A DNA stretch of 58,269 nt. Source: a virus. Its lineage: Duplodnaviria; Caudoviricetes. Location: IMG/VR virus record IMGVR_UViG_3300027782_000098, positions 1 to 58,269 of that record. One strand, given 5' to 3'. The notes beneath the pieces are model-generated. The model searched no databases. It had not been told where the DNA came from and saw nothing but the letters and a program-made list of their open reading frames with translations. Positions 55,303 to 58,269 of this stretch are shown here, piece after piece. Both the position numbers and the translations under genes were made by a program. Position 1 is the first letter of the stretch, and every line of letters begins with the position of its first letter.

Positions 55303-55450
55303 TGAGTGGTTGTCACACATTAAAGCAATTTATGGTGAGTACGGATTATTCACTTGGAAAATAACACCAAATGGAATTGGTAGTGGGATTGTGGTTTATA
55401 GTCACAAAACAAAAACAGAATTAGATTTAACAGATATTGATAGTTGGTAA
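55232..55450 (+). CDS. Hypothetical protein
   Basis: TPNGIG...DLTDIDSW ORF in operon. Confidence 0.55.
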   Translation: MGEKNTRRTVVHEELNKKQQQMYDEWLSHIKAIYGEYGLFTWKITPNGIGSGIVVYSHKTKTELDLTDIDSW

Positions 55451-55451
55451 T

Positions 55452-55865
55452 ATGGAAAAAAATTTATACATAGTTAGAGGTTTACCTGGGTCAGGTAAAT
55501 CAACATTCGCAAAATCAATTGCAAAGTCATATCAAATATTTGAAGCCGACCAATACTTCATGAAAGGTGGAAAATATAAATTTGACCCGACAAAATTGAA
55601 GGATGCCCATAACTCTTGTAAACAAAGGGTTGCAAATAGAATGAAAGAAAGTTTGATTAATTCAATCTTTTTTCGTAATATTGTAGTGTCAAACACATTT
55701 ACTCAAGATTGGGAAATGAAATTTTACCGTAGTGTTGGAAAAAAATACGGTTATAAAGTTCATACCATTATTGTTGAAAATAGACACAACAGTACTAATG
55801 TTCATGGAGTACCTGAAGATAAAGTAGAAATCATGAAAGACAGATTTGAAATAAAATTAAAATAA
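55452..55865 (+). CDS. P-loop kinase (AAA_33 / polynucleotide-kinase-like)
   Basis: RGLPGSGKST, EADQYF, VSNTF, HGVP......M..RF. Confidence 0.85.
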   Translation: MEKNLYIVRGLPGSGKSTFAKSIAKSYQIFEADQYFMKGGKYKFDPTKLKDAHNSCKQRVANRMKESLINSIFFRNIVVSNTFTQDWEMKFYRSVGKKYGYKVHTIIVENRHNSTNVHGVPEDKVEIMKDRFEIKLK

Positions 55866-55870
55866 AACAT

Positions 55871-56092
55871 ATGCAAACACTTACATTCAACACAACAACA
55901 AAACAAGTTAAATTGTTAAACGGGTCAAGAGGAGAGTCAACATTAGTTGAACAATTTGATAACGTATCAACCGTAAAATGTTCCGAATTAGGATTTTACG
56001 AGGTGATGCAAAAAACAGATGAAAATTCTAATTCATCAATTCCAGTTATGAGACTTCCAATCTCTAATACGAATATGATAATCACAAAATAA
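55871..56092 (+). CDS. Hypothetical protein
   Basis: 73 aa ORF. Confidence 0.6.
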   Translation: MQTLTFNTTTKQVKLLNGSRGESTLVEQFDNVSTVKCSELGFYEVMQKTDENSNSSIPVMRLPISNTNMIITK

Positions 56093-56170
56093 TCAAAATA
56101 AACCTATGAAAAATCCTCATCTTTTTAAGGTGGGGATTTTTTTTATGAAAAAAATTACTATCTTTGTTTC

Positions 56171-57226
56171 ATGAATAAATTCCTTTACACCTTAGAACAA
56201 TATAGTAGGACTGGTCAACTGTTTAAACAGGACCACCGTACACTACCATTGTCTATATGGAACTACACTCCTGAAGTTCAATATGGTCAATTATGGGATG
56301 AGGTTACTTTACTGTGTAGAGGATTGGTCACCGATAAAGAAGGTAATGTAGTTTCGTATCCATTCAAGAAATTTTTCAACATAGAAGAAAACAAACATAC
56401 ACCAACTGAAAACTTTGAGGTTTACGAAAAGATGGACGGTTCTTTGGGTATCTTGTTTTTTTATGAAGGACAATGGGTTGTTGCAACCAGAGGTTCATTT
56501 ACTTCAACTCAAGCAATTAAAGCGAGGGAAATGTTGGATACCAAATATAATTTGGAGTCAATACCAAAAGGTTATACTACTTTATTTGAAATCATATACC
56601 CTGAAAACCGTATTGTAGTTGATTACGGTGATGAAGAAAAATTGGTTGTGTTAGGAATGACTAATCGTTTCAACGGTAAAGAATTGGATTACGAATCTGT
56701 TGTTAACATGCACAGCGAATCAGGTATACCTGTTGTAAAAAGATATGATGGAGTTCGGAACTATTCTGAATTAAAATCTAAAGTTCAACAAAACGCTGAA
56801 GGGTTTGTGGTTAAATTCTCTAACGGTGACCGAATGAAAATCAAAGGTGAAGAATACCTACGACTTCACAAGATAATGACTAACATATCAACTACTGGTA
56901 TATGGGAAATGTTATCTTCAGGTGGCGATGTAAACGAACTTTTAAAAGATGTTCCTGACGAATTTTATAAAAAAGTTAAGGAATATGCCGATACATTAAA
57001 ATATGGTTATTACCAAGTTTTAGAACATTGTGGAAAAGCATATGATTACTTCCGTTATGGAAAATATGGAGACCGTGAGGTAGAACCAACTAAAAAAGAA
57101 TATGCAGAACATGTGATGAAAAATTCACACCCACCGTATCGTTCTGTTATGTTTGCAATATGGGATGGAAAACCATACGATAAACTAATATGGAATATAT
57201 TAAAACCTGAATTTAAAAAACTTTAA
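56171..57226 (+). CDS. RNA ligase (T4 Rnl1-like)
   Basis: CRGLV, KFFN, EKMDGSLG (motif I), FEII, EGFV, KIK..EY...H. Confidence 0.9.
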   Translation: MNKFLYTLEQYSRTGQLFKQDHRTLPLSIWNYTPEVQYGQLWDEVTLLCRGLVTDKEGNVVSYPFKKFFNIEENKHTPTENFEVYEKMDGSLGILFFYEGQWVVATRGSFTSTQAIKAREMLDTKYNLESIPKGYTTLFEIIYPENRIVVDYGDEEKLVVLGMTNRFNGKELDYESVVNMHSESGIPVVKRYDGVRNYSELKSKVQQNAEGFVVKFSNGDRMKIKGEEYLRLHKIMTNISTTGIWEMLSSGGDVNELLKDVPDEFYKKVKEYADTLKYGYYQVLEHCGKAYDYFRYGKYGDREVEPTKKEYAEHVMKNSHPPYRSVMFAIWDGKPYDKLIWNILKPEFKKL

Positions 57227-57228
57227 CT

Positions 57229-57474
57229 ATGGAACAGAGATTAAAAGAAATCTATGAAAACACTATACCTCATAACATGATTCTTGAAAAAGAATCTGTT
57301 ATGAGTTGTATGGAACAATCTTATAATATTGGGAAAAACGATACTCAAGAAAAATACCAACAACTTAAAGATGCGTTTGAGGAGTTGTTAAATCTTTGGG
57401 GTGATTTTGGAAAATATAACGCATCCCGAAACCATATGGAAGAAGATTGGAGAAAGGAGGCAGGTTTACTATGA
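57229..57474 (+). CDS. Hypothetical protein
   Basis: 81 aa ORF. Confidence 0.55.
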   Translation: MEQRLKEIYENTIPHNMILEKESVMSCMEQSYNIGKNDTQEKYQQLKDAFEELLNLWGDFGKYNASRNHMEEDWRKEAGLL

Positions 57475-57677
57475 CAAATGAAGAAAGAGTAGAGGAGCGT
57501 TTATTGGATGCTCATAAACGAGGTTATTACGATAAAGTTATGTCTCGTATAAAGGAAATGGAAATAAAACACCCAAAGATTAACAGATATGAATTATACG
57601 ATATTGTTTGCGATGAGGTTAAATCAGAATGGTTAAAAAAAACAAATGATGGAATTACTGAATACACACCCAATTAA
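57471..57677 (+). CDS. Hypothetical protein
   Basis: ATGA overlap with the previous gene. Confidence 0.55.
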   Translation: MTNEERVEERLLDAHKRGYYDKVMSRIKEMEIKHPKINRYELYDIVCDEVKSEWLKKTNDGITEYTPN

Positions 57678-58065
57678 AAAATCAGACTTAGGTTTCCACG
57701 GAAACTTATTTGGAGGAAAATTACTCGCATGGATTGATGCTGCGGCTGCAGGGTACTCAATGCAATTATGTGATAGTCCAAGAATGGTAACCGTGTCTAT
57801 TGATAAATGTTATTTTGAAAAACCAGCAAAAGAAGGACAGTTATTAAAAATTTACGGCTCACCAAGTAAACTTGGACACACTTCAATTACCTTATATATG
57901 GAGGCAAGAGCACATAATGTTTACACAGGTAATCAAGTTGTTGTATTGAAAACTAACATAAGATTTGTTAGAATTGACGAGGAAGGAAACCCAATTCCAA
58001 TTGGAGAAAAAGGTAGAACCAGAATTACAAAATTAATTGAAAGTACAAATTTAAATAATGAATAG
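57646..58065 (+). CDS. Acyl-CoA thioesterase (HotDog fold)
   Basis: DL..HGNLFGG.LL.WID, VTVS.D...F..P, FV.IDE.G.P. Confidence 0.88.
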   Translation: MMELLNTHPIKKSDLGFHGNLFGGKLLAWIDAAAAGYSMQLCDSPRMVTVSIDKCYFEKPAKEGQLLKIYGSPSKLGHTSITLYMEARAHNVYTGNQVVVLKTNIRFVRIDEEGNPIPIGEKGRTRITKLIESTNLNNE

Positions 58066-58269
58066 CATAGACAAACAATACCAAAAGTTACTTCAAGATA
58101 TCTTGGATAACGGTATAGAGAAAAAAGACAGAACAGGCACAGGAACCATTTCGGTATTCGGTAGACAAATCCGTCATAAAATGAGTGAAGGGTTTCCATT
58201 ACTTACAACCAAGAAGATGGCTTGGAAAACAATGGTAACAGAATTACTATGGTTTTTACAAGGTAGTAC
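58058..58269 (+). CDS. thyA: Thymidylate synthase, N-terminal fragment
   Basis: Manual translation [33 protein letters not shown]....[10 protein letters not shown]......TELLWFL.G. Confidence 0.92.
   Translation, partial: MNSIDKQYQKLLQDILDNGIEKKDRTGTGTISVFGRQIRHKMSEGFPLLTTKKMAWKTMVTELLWFLQGS

Noticed and set aside
1-58269. Stop-codon recoding (alternative genetic code)
   Set aside because: Conserved genes are full length in the standard code, TAG and TGA are used as stops, and no suppressor (CUA/UCA) tRNA was found.

Overview
A 58 kb piece of an AT-rich, T4-like jumbo phage genome. The host is very likely Bacteroidota, given TAnnTTTG promoters, no Shine-Dalgarno sites seen, and a phage-encoded ribosomal protein bS21. 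Left end: head module (major capsid N-terminus, scaffold, prohead protease, portal, terminase) with an antisense rpsU, then an N-domain-less ClpC with a divergent UVR-motif protein, and a tmRNA with an unusual tag. Middle: 26 tRNA genes (two arrays of 16 and 9, plus one separate CAU tRNA) interleaved with many structured non-coding spacers. Right end: modification enzymes, ClpP, putative virion proteins, RNA repair genes and the start of thyA. Main discovery: each tRNA array is preceded by an unannotated short leader ORF (32633-32734 and 37643-37732, minus strand). Its codons enumerate the tRNA species of the array downstream, to isoacceptor level, and it is followed by a mutually exclusive antiterminator/terminator pair. 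This looks like ribosome-mediated attenuation in which the phage senses loss of any of those tRNAs and switches on the matching replacement array. All calls were made by eye; no searches or folding programs were run.
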